Counted from the stretch's first letter, positions 38,064-48,949 are shown. The stretch is DNA of 64,000 bases from an uncultured Akkermansia sp. (GCA_905200945.1 CAJKMG010000003.1:200317-264316); one strand, 5' to 3'. The notes: a model not told the origin generated them from the letters alone. Made by a program: numbers and translations.

Positions 38064-38531
38064 TCAGGAACAGGAAGAGGAATCTCCCGTCTCAAGAGAA
38101 CAGCACTGCGCAAACCGGGCGCGGGACTCTTCCAGGGTAATCGGTTTCTTATCCTCCCCCAGGGCTACATAAACCAGCTCCGCCTCTGTAATTTTGGCAA
38201 TGTTATTGCAAAGCTTCGTCAGACGTTCCGCATACACCTCCACCTTCACGGTGACGGAGGTGCGGCCCACCTTGATAATATCCGTATAAAAGGACACTAC
38301 ATCGCCCACCAGCACAGGAGCTTCAAACGTCAGGCTGCTCACCGCACGCGTCACAATATAGCGGCTCAATGCATAGCGCATGGCGGTATTGGCTCCCGCA
38401 AGGTCCACCTGGCTCATCACCCAGCCGCCGAATACTTCCCCGCTCTGATTGGTATCCGCAGGCATTGGTTCCACGCGCAGGGCGGGAACGCGCCCTTCCG
38501 GAAGCTGGGCATGACGATATGTATTTTCCAT
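38064..38531 (-). CDS. Acyl-CoA thioesterase, hotdog fold (YciA-like)
   Basis: NQSGEVFGGWVMSQVDLAG...LVGDVVSFYTDIIKVGRTSVTVKVEV matches the YciA/4HBT pattern. Confidence 0.75.
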   Translation of the reverse strand: MENTYRHAQLPEGRVPALRVEPMPADTNQSGEVFGGWVMSQVDLAGANTAMRYALSRYIVTRAVSSLTFEAPVLVGDVVSFYTDIIKVGRTSVTVKVEVYAERLTKLCNNIAKITEAELVYVALGEDKKPITLEESRARFAQCCSLETGDSSSCS

Positions 38532-38729
38532 AAATAAGAATTATTATAAATTGATAAGGACATGCTTATCTATCACAGCCCTCTTGTAAAGGGTAAAACG
38601 CGGAAGCGGAAAACGGGCGGTGCCGGCACGCTCTGCGGAAAAAAGAAAACAGCCCGGAATAAACTGCTTTCCCATATTGATTAAGTTGGGCAGGCGGATT
38701 TCCGTGTCTTATCCCGGAGCTTTTCCACC

Positions 38730-39020
38730 ATGGCCGGTAAAGGCGGTTGTCCATTACTCATGGACCGCAACCATGAATCCAAAACAAAAAAAGTGGACGG
38801 GGAGGCACATCCCGCTTCCGACTTTGCCTACGTACCCGATCCGGAAAAGCCTTCCACCTGGAAACTGCCGATTTTCAACATGCGCCACGTAGGAGGGGCC
38901 CTGGCCGCCATGACCAGCGACTATCGCGGCAACCCCGTGGAAATACCGGAAGGAGATCGCCGTGCCGTCATGAAAAAAATCCTGGCCAGGAAAGCGAAAC
39001 TGGAACAGGAAGAAAGCTGA
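38730..39020 (+). CDS. Hypothetical small protein (96 aa)
   Basis: Only uninterrupted ORF in a 0.9-kb gap and plausible codon composition. No recognisable domain. Confidence 0.3.
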   Translation: MAGKGGCPLLMDRNHESKTKKVDGEAHPASDFAYVPDPEKPSTWKLPIFNMRHVGGALAAMTSDYRGNPVEIPEGDRRAVMKKILARKAKLEQEES

Positions 39021-39568
39021 TTCCGTTTTCTTTCATTTCTTTTTTTCCGCCTGTAAACAGGAAGGAAAGAAATATCTTTTCCCTTCGTTCCCCGGTCTTA
39101 GCCGTTTGGGGACGGGCTGACACCATCCAGATACCGGCTTTCTGCGGCGCCTTCGGCTGGCACCCCCGTAGAAATGAAAGACATTCCCACCCTTCCGACG
39201 CTCCTGGCGGATACAGCCGGATATTTCACTTACGGACGGCATCAAAAACGGTGGTAAAACAGAAGAAGAAATTAAATTATTCTAAAATCATCAATCATCC
39301 CAAGGATGTTTTTCCCCTAAAGTGGATTGGGGAAATTCAGGAAATCTGAAAATCAAATAACTTTCTCCGGCCAATAAAAACAACATTTAGAAAATTCCTA
39401 TATAAATAAATATCAATGGCATATTGAAATAAAAACATGTCTTTCCCTGAACAGGCTGTCCGAAGCCTGGTCATCACGACAGGAATGAAGAATGCCGGAA
39501 AAGGGAATGCTGCCGGCTATTTCCCGCATGGCAGCGCTTTTCCCCTTCCGTCAACTCCGCATCAAAAT

Positions 39569-40483
39569 ATGACTGACGAAAAAATGAGCACAGAAGGCAC
39601 TAACGAAATACAGGACCCGCGCGGCGAATTCCGCCAGGAAGGATATGAACAACAGCAGCAGAAAGCCCCCGGCCTGCAATCCGAAATGAAACCCGTGCCG
39701 GATTCCGGGGAACAAAGCTACCATGGCTGCAACAGGCTCCGTGGACGAAAAGCCCTGGTCACAGGGGGAGACTCGGGAATAGGCCGGGCGGCGGCTATTG
39801 CCTACGCACGCGAAGGAGCCGACGTAGCCTTGAACTACCTTCCTGAAGAACAAAGCGATGCCGAAGAAGTGGCGGAACTCATCAGAAAAGAGGGCCGGAA
39901 GGCCGTCCTACTGCCGGGGGACCTCAGCGATGAAGTCTTTTGTAAAAAACTCATCAGGGATGCCTTGGAAAAACTTGGCGGACTGGACATCATGGCCCTG
40001 GTAGCCGGTAAACAAGTGGCGGTGGAAGATATCCGGGACATTACCACGGAACAATTAACCAAGACATTTGAAGTAAACGTGTTCTCCCTGTTCTGGATTG
40101 CCAAGGAAGCCCTTCCGCATCTCAAGCCGGGGACGAGCATCATTACCTGCTCCTCCATTCAGGCCTACCAGCCCGGCAAGAACCTGGTGGACTATGCTTC
40201 CACAAAAGCGGCCATCATCGCGTTCAGCCGCTCCCTGGCCAAGCAGGTTGCCCCCAAAGGCATCCGGGTCAACGTGGTGGCTCCCGGCCCCATCTGGACA
40301 GCCCTGCAAGTAACCGGAGGCCAGCTGCAGAAGGACCTGCCGGAATTCGGACGGAAAACGCTTCTCAAAAGGGCAGGGCAACCTGTGGAACTCTCCGGAC
40401 TATACGTCTTTCTCGCCTCCCAGGAATCCAGCTTCATTACTGCGGAGGTCTTTGGCGTTACCGGCGGCATGCATCTGGCCTGA
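39569..40483 (+). CDS. SDR-family NAD(P)-dependent oxidoreductase (general stress protein 39 / YdaD-YghA-like)
   Basis: [28 protein letters not shown]-like region, YASTKAAI (catalytic YxxxK). Acidic N-terminal extension typical of GSP39-type SDRs. A roughly 200-bp AT-rich leader lies upstream. Confidence 0.85.
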   Translation: MTDEKMSTEGTNEIQDPRGEFRQEGYEQQQQKAPGLQSEMKPVPDSGEQSYHGCNRLRGRKALVTGGDSGIGRAAAIAYAREGADVALNYLPEEQSDAEEVAELIRKEGRKAVLLPGDLSDEVFCKKLIRDALEKLGGLDIMALVAGKQVAVEDIRDITTEQLTKTFEVNVFSLFWIAKEALPHLKPGTSIITCSSIQAYQPGKNLVDYASTKAAIIAFSRSLAKQVAPKGIRVNVVAPGPIWTALQVTGGQLQKDLPEFGRKTLLKRAGQPVELSGLYVFLASQESSFITAEVFGVTGGMHLA

Positions 40484-40655
40484 TGCGGAAACTCGCAATC
40501 CTGGAAAAGGGCCGGACTGACTTTCCGGAATCCCTTTCCGCAGCGCCACACCCCCGGATGACCGGGAAAGCGGCCGGAAACGGCTCTGCAAGGAAATCAG
40601 GGCATTGCTCCATTTCCCGGTTGTCCCGGCAAAAGGTTTCTGCTTGAATAGGGTA

Positions 40656-41678
40656 ATGGCATTTTGGAGGTTTTGGTTCATCTTTTTCCCTTTCACAGCG
40701 CTTCTCTTTTCCATGGTGCATGGCAGTCCTCTGAACGCACCCGTCATCACCCTTGGAGAGAAAAAAAGCCTGTTCGGAGAAAAAGCGCAGGCCAATGAAT
40801 ATGTCAGCTATGCCCTTTATTACTGGCCGGACCCCGCCAATCCGGACGGTCCTTACAAACCCATTGACGGCAAAAAGAACAAACGGCTCCGCAGCATGGA
40901 CGACAGCGGCAGGATGGCCGCTTTCATCGGCACGGTCTGCAACCTGGGACGGCAGTATAAACTCGACAGGGATCCGCAGGCCGCCTCCCGGGCCGGGCAA
41001 TGGCTGAAAGCCTGGTTCATTGCTCCGGCAACCCGCATGCAGCCCCATCTGAAATATGCCCAAATTCGCCCCGGACACCGGACGGAAGGAGACGGAGGAG
41101 GCATCATCGACCTTTACCGCATGCCCGAATTCCTGGAAGCTTTGACGGCGTTGAAATGCTCCAATGCCCTAACGGCAGAAGAATGGAAGCAGGTGGGCGC
41201 GTGGCTGAACCAGTATTACACATGGCTGACTACCAGCAGGCAGGGCAGGCATGCACACACGCGCAGCAACAACCATTATCTGTTTTATGTGGCGCAATGT
41301 GCCTATTTGGCATCCTTCCTGGGCCGCAGCCATGAAGCGGCCCAATGGCTGGCGGAAGCCTTCGCCAACATGGACCGACACATCGCTCCCGACGGATCCC
41401 AGCCCGAAGAACTCAAACGGGCGGAACCTTGGCAATACAGCGTTTACACTCTTCAGGCATGGGGATACCTGGTGCATCTTGCAGAACGCATGGGCGACAA
41501 GAACTACCGTTACCGGAAAACACCCGCCGGGGCTTCCATTCAAAAAGCTGTGGATTATCTCCTGCCTTACCGCTCCGCTCCTGAAACATGGCCCTGGCAA
41601 GGCTCCAGGGCAAACACTCCGCTGCCCGCCATCTTTGAACCGGAGCAGGCGGGCAGGCCACAACGGAAATGCTCCTGA
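40656..41678 (+). CDS. Alginate-lyase-fold (PF05426-like) secreted protein, candidate polysaccharide lyase
   Basis: Signal peptide. YYWPDPANPDGPY. NNHYLFY resembles the NNHSYW motif of PL5-type alginate lyases. (alpha/alpha)-toroid-sized protein. Confidence 0.55.
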   Translation: MAFWRFWFIFFPFTALLFSMVHGSPLNAPVITLGEKKSLFGEKAQANEYVSYALYYWPDPANPDGPYKPIDGKKNKRLRSMDDSGRMAAFIGTVCNLGRQYKLDRDPQAASRAGQWLKAWFIAPATRMQPHLKYAQIRPGHRTEGDGGGIIDLYRMPEFLEALTALKCSNALTAEEWKQVGAWLNQYYTWLTTSRQGRHAHTRSNNHYLFYVAQCAYLASFLGRSHEAAQWLAEAFANMDRHIAPDGSQPEELKRAEPWQYSVYTLQAWGYLVHLAERMGDKNYRYRKTPAGASIQKAVDYLLPYRSAPETWPWQGSRANTPLPAIFEPEQAGRPQRKCS

Positions 41679-41772
41679 ACCGCGCCCGCCGTTAAAAGCA
41701 TCCGTTTTTCCTGCTTATTGAAAATCCCCTGTCCAGCAGCATCACGAACGGGGCATTTTCCCGGAAAACGAT

Positions 41773-42282
41773 TTAATAAGGGATCTCCCCAGTATTTTTC
41801 CCCTTAGATTTTTCCTTTCTTTTTGCTGCTCTCCATTCCCACGGAGATATGGGATTCGGGTCAGACCAGATGCCTTTTTGGGCCTTTCTGGCATCCCTTT
41901 CAAGAGAAACGAGCTTTCGGCTGGCGGAAAAATTTTTATAAATCCACGCCCATCCTTCCTTCACCATCTCTTCGTTGACGAACATTTTTCCATGCCATAT
42001 TTCCCCTAAAATACGGCCGTACCTGTCATTCTCGGTATACCGGACTGTAATCGCCTCTCCCCAAATCAGCTTTTCCAGGTATTCCTTGGCGCCTTCATAC
42101 CCGTCCTGCCCCCTTTCCGGCGCATCAATTCCCTCAAGCTGTATCCGATGCGTACGCATTCGTTCAGGCGTCCTTTCCAGAAGGATGACCGTGTCGCCGT
42201 CAATCACGTTAATCACGACTCCCCTGATACTTTCAGCAAAAGCCATGCAGGGACTTATCAGGAAAATCAAAAGCCATTTCAT
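41773..42282 (-). CDS. Thermonuclease (SNase/micrococcal-nuclease-like), secreted
   Basis: Signal peptide. VIDGDTV...RIQLEGIDAPE (Ca2+/catalytic residues). RYGRILGEIW...NEEMVKEGWAW is the SNase layout. Confidence 0.75.
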   Translation of the reverse strand: MKWLLIFLISPCMAFAESIRGVVINVIDGDTVILLERTPERMRTHRIQLEGIDAPERGQDGYEGAKEYLEKLIWGEAITVRYTENDRYGRILGEIWHGKMFVNEEMVKEGWAWIYKNFSASRKLVSLERDARKAQKGIWSDPNPISPWEWRAAKRKEKSKGKNTGEIPY

Positions 42283-42550
42283 GAAAAATGATATAATCCA
42301 AAAAATATCAGGATGCAACTACTCTTTAAGAAACCGTTCCCGCACTGTTCACACGGCCGGAAACAGATGGATGCGGCCATCTGTGGGCAGCCTGATCCGG
42401 AACATCTTCATTCGCTGCCGGACCGGGAGCGGAGGAAAACCCCGCGACGCCCCAGGCAATCAACCATGCAGCCATTGGAAATGGGCGGCAAGTTCAACAA
42501 GGAAAACAGGGCCCCTGCAACATCCAACGGCATGGAATAAATTATCTTAC

Positions 42551-42745
42551 TCATTTCTTCAATTCTTCGGCTATTCTGCCGAGGTTCTTTTCCGTTGCTT
42601 TTCTCAGTTTCTCCTGCTGTTTCCAATACCACGCCGTTCTTTCCGACACCCCGGCCTGATTCGCCAGCCAGCGCACGGCGCCGCTCGTGTCACAGCCCGT
42701 TTTCTTCTGAATGGCTTCCAGAAGCTGCGCGACATATTTATTCAT
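42551..42745 (-). CDS. Small helix-turn-helix protein (64 aa), putative regulator
   Basis: MNKYVAQLLEAIQKKTGCDTSGAVRWLANQAGVSERTAWYW has an HTH-like helix pair. Lies 17 nt downstream of the ibrB-like gene, same strand. Confidence 0.4.
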   Translation of the reverse strand: MNKYVAQLLEAIQKKTGCDTSGAVRWLANQAGVSERTAWYWKQQEKLRKATEKNLGRIAEELKK

Positions 42746-42761
42746 GGATTCCGGGTCGATA

Positions 42762-43277
42762 TTATTTCGATTCCCATGCCCGGCTGAATTCCCCGTCCCG
42801 GAACAGGGAGGCAATTCCGCTAAGCTGCTTGAGGCGCAGCAATTCCTCCGCATCCATTCCAAGATTTTTAAGTATCCACGCGTCCGACATGCCCGCTTCC
42901 GTCAACTCCTGGATAATATTGGTCATGAGGGCGATATTATGAGATCCCCGGGCACGGTTGTGCCTGATGGTGGAAGCCATGCGGTTTCCAAGAGGCTTGT
43001 CGATTACGGCCACCGGCATCATGCCACCCTCCCGTTCGTAAATATCGCGGTAAGTCTTCATGATCTGGCAGCGGTGGAACCCGTCCACGATTTCATAGGT
43101 CCCGTCCTCCAGCTTATAACAAACAATGGGCATCGTATAACCGTCCTCCTTGATGCTCTGGTAGAGCAGCTTCATTTCGGGGGGAGCTACGCTGTTCGGG
43201 TTATAGGCATTGGAACGTATCTGGTCCAGGGGAACGCGCCGGATTTTGTAAACGGGGGATTGATAGGAGGTTTTCAT
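42762..43277 (-). CDS. ParB-like nuclease-domain protein (IbrB-like)
   Basis: ParB/Srx fold motifs: VPLDQIRSNAYNPN...EDGYTMPIVCYKLEDGTYEIVDGFHRCQ. 4-nt overlap with the upstream PAPS-reductase-like gene. Confidence 0.7.
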   Translation of the reverse strand: MKTSYQSPVYKIRRVPLDQIRSNAYNPNSVAPPEMKLLYQSIKEDGYTMPIVCYKLEDGTYEIVDGFHRCQIMKTYRDIYEREGGMMPVAVIDKPLGNRMASTIRHNRARGSHNIALMTNIIQELTEAGMSDAWILKNLGMDAEELLRLKQLSGIASLFRDGEFSRAWESK

Positions 43278-44677
43278 AAAATATTGCGGTATTTATTGAC
43301 GGCGGCCCGGCGCCGGGCAATCGCTCCCTTGGTTGGACCGAACCCGGCGTACTTGCAAAAGTAGTCATTCTTCATGATGCAGATGCACATGCGCTTGTAG
43401 GAAGGCACCTGCCGGAAATTGCTGACCGGCATGTCGTCGGGATAGCCCATAAACTGAATGACGTCGCGGTCGACGTAACGGCCCGACTTTCCCGTTACGG
43501 TCGCCAGAGGATAGGCGGCCAGCACTTCATCGGCAGTTCCGGGATCGACGGTGCCCCCTTTCATCCAGTACTTTTTAGACCTCTCCAAAATGTTGTTGTA
43601 GTGTTCCGCCGTTTTCTCGTTCATTGTGGAAAGCAGGAATTCATAATAGGACTTCCAGGTATGGCCGGGCGGCAGTTTGATGGTTTTCCAGCCCATGGCC
43701 GTCGTACCTCCGTACAAACCTGTGAAGTTGACGCCGTTGACGCGCCCGACCATGCGCGCCCAGTTGGCAGGATCAATAACTTTGTAAAGCTTCAGGCTTT
43801 CCTGGGCGCAGTCATTAAACGGGCTTGCCACCCGCATTTGCCCGATCGTAAGGCCTGCCTGGTACAGGAGATCGTAAAGGCGGTTATAGTCAAAACCAAA
43901 ACGGGCGTTGGCCGTCCAGACGTCACTGACGCGCCAGTCATAAAGAGGGTAGGCGCTGACGGTCACGGCATCAGCCCGTGTAATCCACTTCCTTCCCTCA
44001 TAAGACGTCCTTTTATTGCCGCGGGCAACGGCGGCGTATCTGTTGAGGCTTTCATCCGCCCGCAGCCCTACCATGACGGCAGTACTTCCGTGTTTTTTGG
44101 CAAAATGGCGTGAAAGCTTATCCTGGAATTCATAGTCCACCATACCGTGCCGGAACGGGACGTCCAGATTCTTTTCGTTGATTACATAGGGATTTTCCGG
44201 CATGGGTCGCACCCACAGTTTTTTCTGGGCGGCGCTCCACGGCGTCCAGTAAGGTTCCCCCAGGGAGCATGCGGACTGGGCCCTGATCGGTACACAGTAC
44301 CACATCTTACGAATGCCGGGGAATTGCTCCAGAAATGTTCTGGTGACATACTCGGTCGTCATTTGATATTGGGCCTCATAATCAAGGTGGTACATGGACA
44401 GCTTGTCCAGAAGGCCCTGTTCGGCGGCGTAACGATAGCAGAGATTAAGCATGACGCCGCTGTCCTTGCCGCCCGAAAAAGACACCAGGACATTGTCAAA
44501 CTCTTGGAAACAATAGGCTATGCGTTCTAAAGCCGCCTCATAAACATTTTTATCCAGATATGTTTTCACAACTTTTCCAAAGCCTGTCTTTCGCCATCCG
44601 CCGCCAGCCCCCTGCCGGACGGGAACACGTCGGCCCGGATATGATCGCCGGAAGCCATGCATTTTCCCTGAAACCAC
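43274..44677 (-). CDS. Phosphoadenosine-phosphosulfate-reductase-family protein with long C-terminal extension (IbrA-like, PP-loop ATPase + DUF3440-type domain)
   Basis: PP-loop VLVSFSGGKDSGVML and the PAPS-reductase core. About 200 aa of C-terminal extension as in IbrA/DUF3440 proteins. True start may be a GTG downstream of 44677. Confidence 0.75.
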   Translation of the reverse strand: MVSGKMHGFRRSYPGRRVPVRQGAGGGWRKTGFGKVVKTYLDKNVYEAALERIAYCFQEFDNVLVSFSGGKDSGVMLNLCYRYAAEQGLLDKLSMYHLDYEAQYQMTTEYVTRTFLEQFPGIRKMWYCVPIRAQSACSLGEPYWTPWSAAQKKLWVRPMPENPYVINEKNLDVPFRHGMVDYEFQDKLSRHFAKKHGSTAVMVGLRADESLNRYAAVARGNKRTSYEGRKWITRADAVTVSAYPLYDWRVSDVWTANARFGFDYNRLYDLLYQAGLTIGQMRVASPFNDCAQESLKLYKVIDPANWARMVGRVNGVNFTGLYGGTTAMGWKTIKLPPGHTWKSYYEFLLSTMNEKTAEHYNNILERSKKYWMKGGTVDPGTADEVLAAYPLATVTGKSGRYVDRDVIQFMGYPDDMPVSNFRQVPSYKRMCICIMKNDYFCKYAGFGPTKGAIARRRAAVNKYRNIL

Positions 44678-45414
44678 TCTTGCAGCCTGCAGTTCATAGG
44701 GATATCCCCTGTTCTTTCAAACAGGGTTGCAACGCCTTCATTTCTGCATAAATAAGCAACATCATGTTTTTTCATGTTTTCAAATGCGCAGCAGCTTATC
44801 GTCCGTTATTTTCCGTCAACAATACCAACCTACTGAATTATTGCGGCGGGTCAATGTTTTTACTGCAATTATTTCAGTAATTTTATTGTCATCACCCTCC
44901 TTCTCAAAATACCTGCGCTTTTTAGCGAGCAACACCATTCCAGAAATGCCTTATGCATTGCGCCATGACCTCCTTTCCTTCTCCGCAACATCCGCGCTAT
45001 GTGCAGCATTCAAGACGCTGCGTTGGAATGCACGGTTTCAAAATCGGAGACATAAAAATCATAACTTGCTTAAAATTAGCGTGAACGAAAAAATGTACGA
45101 CTCAGAGCCATTTTCCGGTTCCAACATCTTTCCCCCAATACTCTTTCCGGAACCGCATCTTCCAGGCAGACGATACATCCATCATTTCCCTCCTGAAGGA
45201 AAAACAACCGTGTTTCCCTTTTTGCAATCCGGGATGCTGTCCAAACATGAATATGCCGGTACACGCCTTAAGCATGCCGCCAGATTAGACTTTAGGCGTT
45301 TTATGATTTTCCTCGAAACGCTAATTTTACGCCAGAACGGAATCAAAAAATGACATTTAGTCAGCACTTATGGTTGTTTTTCCGCGGTTTTTCACCTTTC
45401 CAGCCTCCAAACAG

Positions 45415-45455
45415 ACAAAAAAGAAGCCCTATAATCCATTCAAATTACAGGGCTT
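45415..45455 (-). terminator. Rho-independent terminator downstream of tRNA-Asn
   Basis: On the minus strand, AAGCCCT-(loop)-AGGGCTT followed by CTTTTTTGT. Confidence 0.5.
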
Positions 45456-45465
45456 AGAAAATTAG

Positions 45466-45540
45466 TGGCTCCCCCGGTTGGGCTCGAACCAACGACCTAG
45501 TGATTAACAGTCACCCGCTCTACCGCTGAGCTACAGGGGA
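45466..45540 (-). tRNA. tRNA-Asn (GTT anticodon, CCA encoded)
   Basis: Reverse complement TCCCCTGTAGCTCAGCGGTAGAGCGGGTGACTGTTAATCACTAGGTCGTTGGTTCGAGCCCAACCGGGGGAGCCA. Cloverleaf with anticodon loop CTGTTAA. Confidence 0.85.
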
Positions 45541-45679
45541 GTTTGCATTCCATGGAACGCGGAGGGATTTTTACTGGAGGTACGGGCGTTTGGCAAGTAC
45601 TTTTTTACTCTTGCAGGCTTTTTGACGCAAAAAGGCTTCCGCGGCGCGGTCATGGCAACGGTGTTTTCTTGACCTTTGA

Positions 45680-46816
<1,137 letters not shown>

Positions 46817-46948
46817 GCGGGGCCGTTCTTCCGGCGCCGCAGGGGAAGGGACACCTGCGGCACGCCTTTCCTCCGGGGGGAGCGGTACCGCCTCCCCTCC
46901 GCTTTCCTCTTTCATTTCCGGGATTTTCCGGTTCTTTATCCATCTATC

Positions 46949-47989
46949 ATGAACATCCTTATCATCGGCCAGGGAATTGCCGGAAGTTGTCTGGCGTGGG
47001 AATTGAAACGCCGCGGCGCGGAGTTTACGGTTGCAGACCGCCCCGTAGCGGAAACGGCCTCCCGGGTGGCGGCCGGATTGGTAAACCCCCTGACGGGCCG
47101 CGCCTTCCGCCCCGGATGGAGGCAGGAAGAATGCCTGGCGGCGGCAGAGGCCTTTTACCCGGAGACGGAACGGGAATTAGGCGGGTCCTGGTGGCAGAAA
47201 ACTCCGATTTTCCGGGAAGTGGAGACGGAGGACCAGTTTGAAATCTGGCAGGAACGCCAGACGGCTCCGGAATCCTGCGCCTATGCCGGACCCCTTTTTC
47301 CATGGCCGGAACACTGGGAAGGCCGCGGGAAAGCCGCCTATACGCGAGGTTCCGCCGTGCTGCACGTGGAAAACATGGTCACTGCCATGCGGCGTTTTTT
47401 TATGGAACAGGGCCGTTTTGTGGAAGCGGATGTATCCCCCACAGATATCCGGCCGGATGCAGACGGTCTTTTCCATTGGAACGGTCGCACGTTTTCCCAC
47501 ATAGTCTGGTGTACCGGCTGGGAAGCCGGGCTTCATCCGGACATGTCTCCGCTGAAGGGGCGCCCCTCCAAAGGAACCATTCTGGATTTGGACTTGAAAG
47601 AGCTGGACTGGCACGCCGGCATCCTGCATTTCGGACACTGGCTGGTTCATAACGGTTCTTTCTGGCGCTTCGGGGCCACCTACGCGTGGGCGTGGGATGC
47701 TCCCGGCATTCCGGAAGCCCCCGCCGTCCAGGAATTGATGCTGGACCTTGTTAAACGTTATTCCGGGAACATGGACGTCATCCGCGCCCGTGCCGCCGTC
47801 CGCCCCATCATCCGCCGCAGCCAGCCGGTCGCCGGCCCCATTCCCGGGCTGGACGGCCAGTTCGTCTTCTCCGGGCTGGGCAGCAAGGGGGTGACCACTT
47901 CCCCCTGGTCCGCCGCCCAGCTTGCCGGACATCTCGTGTGCGGAACGGATATGCCGCCGGATCTGCTGCCTGCCGCGCTCTGGAAATGA
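46949..47989 (+). CDS. FAD-dependent oxidoreductase, DAO family (glycine-oxidase / MnmC C-terminal-domain-like)
   Basis: ILIIGQGIAGSCLAWEL dinucleotide-binding motif. DAO-type C-terminal G(L/S)G...G motif (FSGLGSKGVTTSP). Confidence 0.7.
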   Translation: MNILIIGQGIAGSCLAWELKRRGAEFTVADRPVAETASRVAAGLVNPLTGRAFRPGWRQEECLAAAEAFYPETERELGGSWWQKTPIFREVETEDQFEIWQERQTAPESCAYAGPLFPWPEHWEGRGKAAYTRGSAVLHVENMVTAMRRFFMEQGRFVEADVSPTDIRPDADGLFHWNGRTFSHIVWCTGWEAGLHPDMSPLKGRPSKGTILDLDLKELDWHAGILHFGHWLVHNGSFWRFGATYAWAWDAPGIPEAPAVQELMLDLVKRYSGNMDVIRARAAVRPIIRRSQPVAGPIPGLDGQFVFSGLGSKGVTTSPWSAAQLAGHLVCGTDMPPDLLPAALWK

Positions 47990-48034
47990 TGCGGAACATC
48001 AGCCGTCCTTCCTTGAACGGAACAGCTATTTTCC

Positions 48035-48949
48035 TTGTCAAAAGATTCTGAACGCGATTACATGCGGCCTAATATGCGAGCGGAGAACGAGAACTGGGGA
48101 GATACGGTACGGAATCATCTGTTTGACCAGCGCAACGCCGTCATGGTGCACTGGCTGATTCTGCTCAATGTAGTCATCTTTATCCTGGGATTCTTCTTCC
48201 AGGTAAACATCCCAAGGAACATTTACCCGCCTGTCCATTTGGACTTGATCCAGCTTTACGGAGCTTACAGCGAATATACGTGCTTTCACGAGGGGGAATT
48301 ATGGCGGTTGCTTACCTATCAGTTTCTTCACGCCAATCTGGGGCACATTATGTTCAACATGATTGCCCTGTGGTTTTTCGGCCCGGTTGTAGAAGAACGT
48401 TTCGGCCATTGGCGCTTCCTGCTGTATTACCTGTTTTGCGGCGTGGCTGCAGCCCTGTTTTCCTCCCTGCTGGGGTACATGGGATTTTTTGATCCGGAAT
48501 GGCGCTTCATTCCCATGGTGGGGGCCTCAGGTTCCATTTACGGCATCATGGCCGCATGCGCGGTGCTCTTTCCCCATGCCCGGGTACAGCTTCTGTTTCC
48601 TCCGGTTAATTTGAGCGTGCGCCAGTTTGCCCTGGCCGTTCTCGGAGTCGCCGCAGCCGTCATTATCTTCCAATGGAACAATGCGGGCGGGGAAGCCGGC
48701 CATCTGGGCGGCATGTTTGCCGGATTTATTCTGACATTGCTGATTTTATGGAAGGAAAAGCTGTCTTCCCCAAAACGGAAAGCTGCCTCTTCTTCCCACT
48801 ATTCCCCTGAGCCTTCCAGCCGCCACCCGGCACAGGCTTACCCCTCTGAAAAGGAGGTGGATGAAATCATGGAAAAAATATCCAGGTCCGGCCTGTCCAG
48901 CCTGACGGAGGAGGAACGGGAAATTCTCCGGCGCGCTTCCCGGCGCTGA
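48035..48949 (+). CDS. Rhomboid-family intramembrane serine protease
   Basis: GELWRLLTYQFLHANLGHIMFNMIALWFFG; catalytic GASGSIYG Ser and the downstream His (AGHLGG). Six TM helices plus a hydrophilic C-terminal tail. Confidence 0.8.
   Translation: MSKDSERDYMRPNMRAENENWGDTVRNHLFDQRNAVMVHWLILLNVVIFILGFFFQVNIPRNIYPPVHLDLIQLYGAYSEYTCFHEGELWRLLTYQFLHANLGHIMFNMIALWFFGPVVEERFGHWRFLLYYLFCGVAAALFSSLLGYMGFFDPEWRFIPMVGASGSIYGIMAACAVLFPHARVQLLFPPVNLSVRQFALAVLGVAAAVIIFQWNNAGGEAGHLGGMFAGFILTLLILWKEKLSSPKRKAASSSHYSPEPSSRHPAQAYPSEKEVDEIMEKISRSGLSSLTEEEREILRRASRR

Noticed and set aside
35412-38113. Long minus-strand ORFs (331, 241, 243 aa)
   Set aside because: Antisense to the AT3 acyltransferase and MFS transporter genes. 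Compositions are Gly/Asp/His/Arg-rich with no TM segments, whereas the sense proteins are clearly polytopic.
44727-45353. 208-aa plus-strand ORF in the ibrA / tRNA-Asn spacer
   Set aside because: Amino-acid composition is rich in rare residues with no hydrophobic periodicity, and the region is AT-rich. I treated it as non-coding (see finding).
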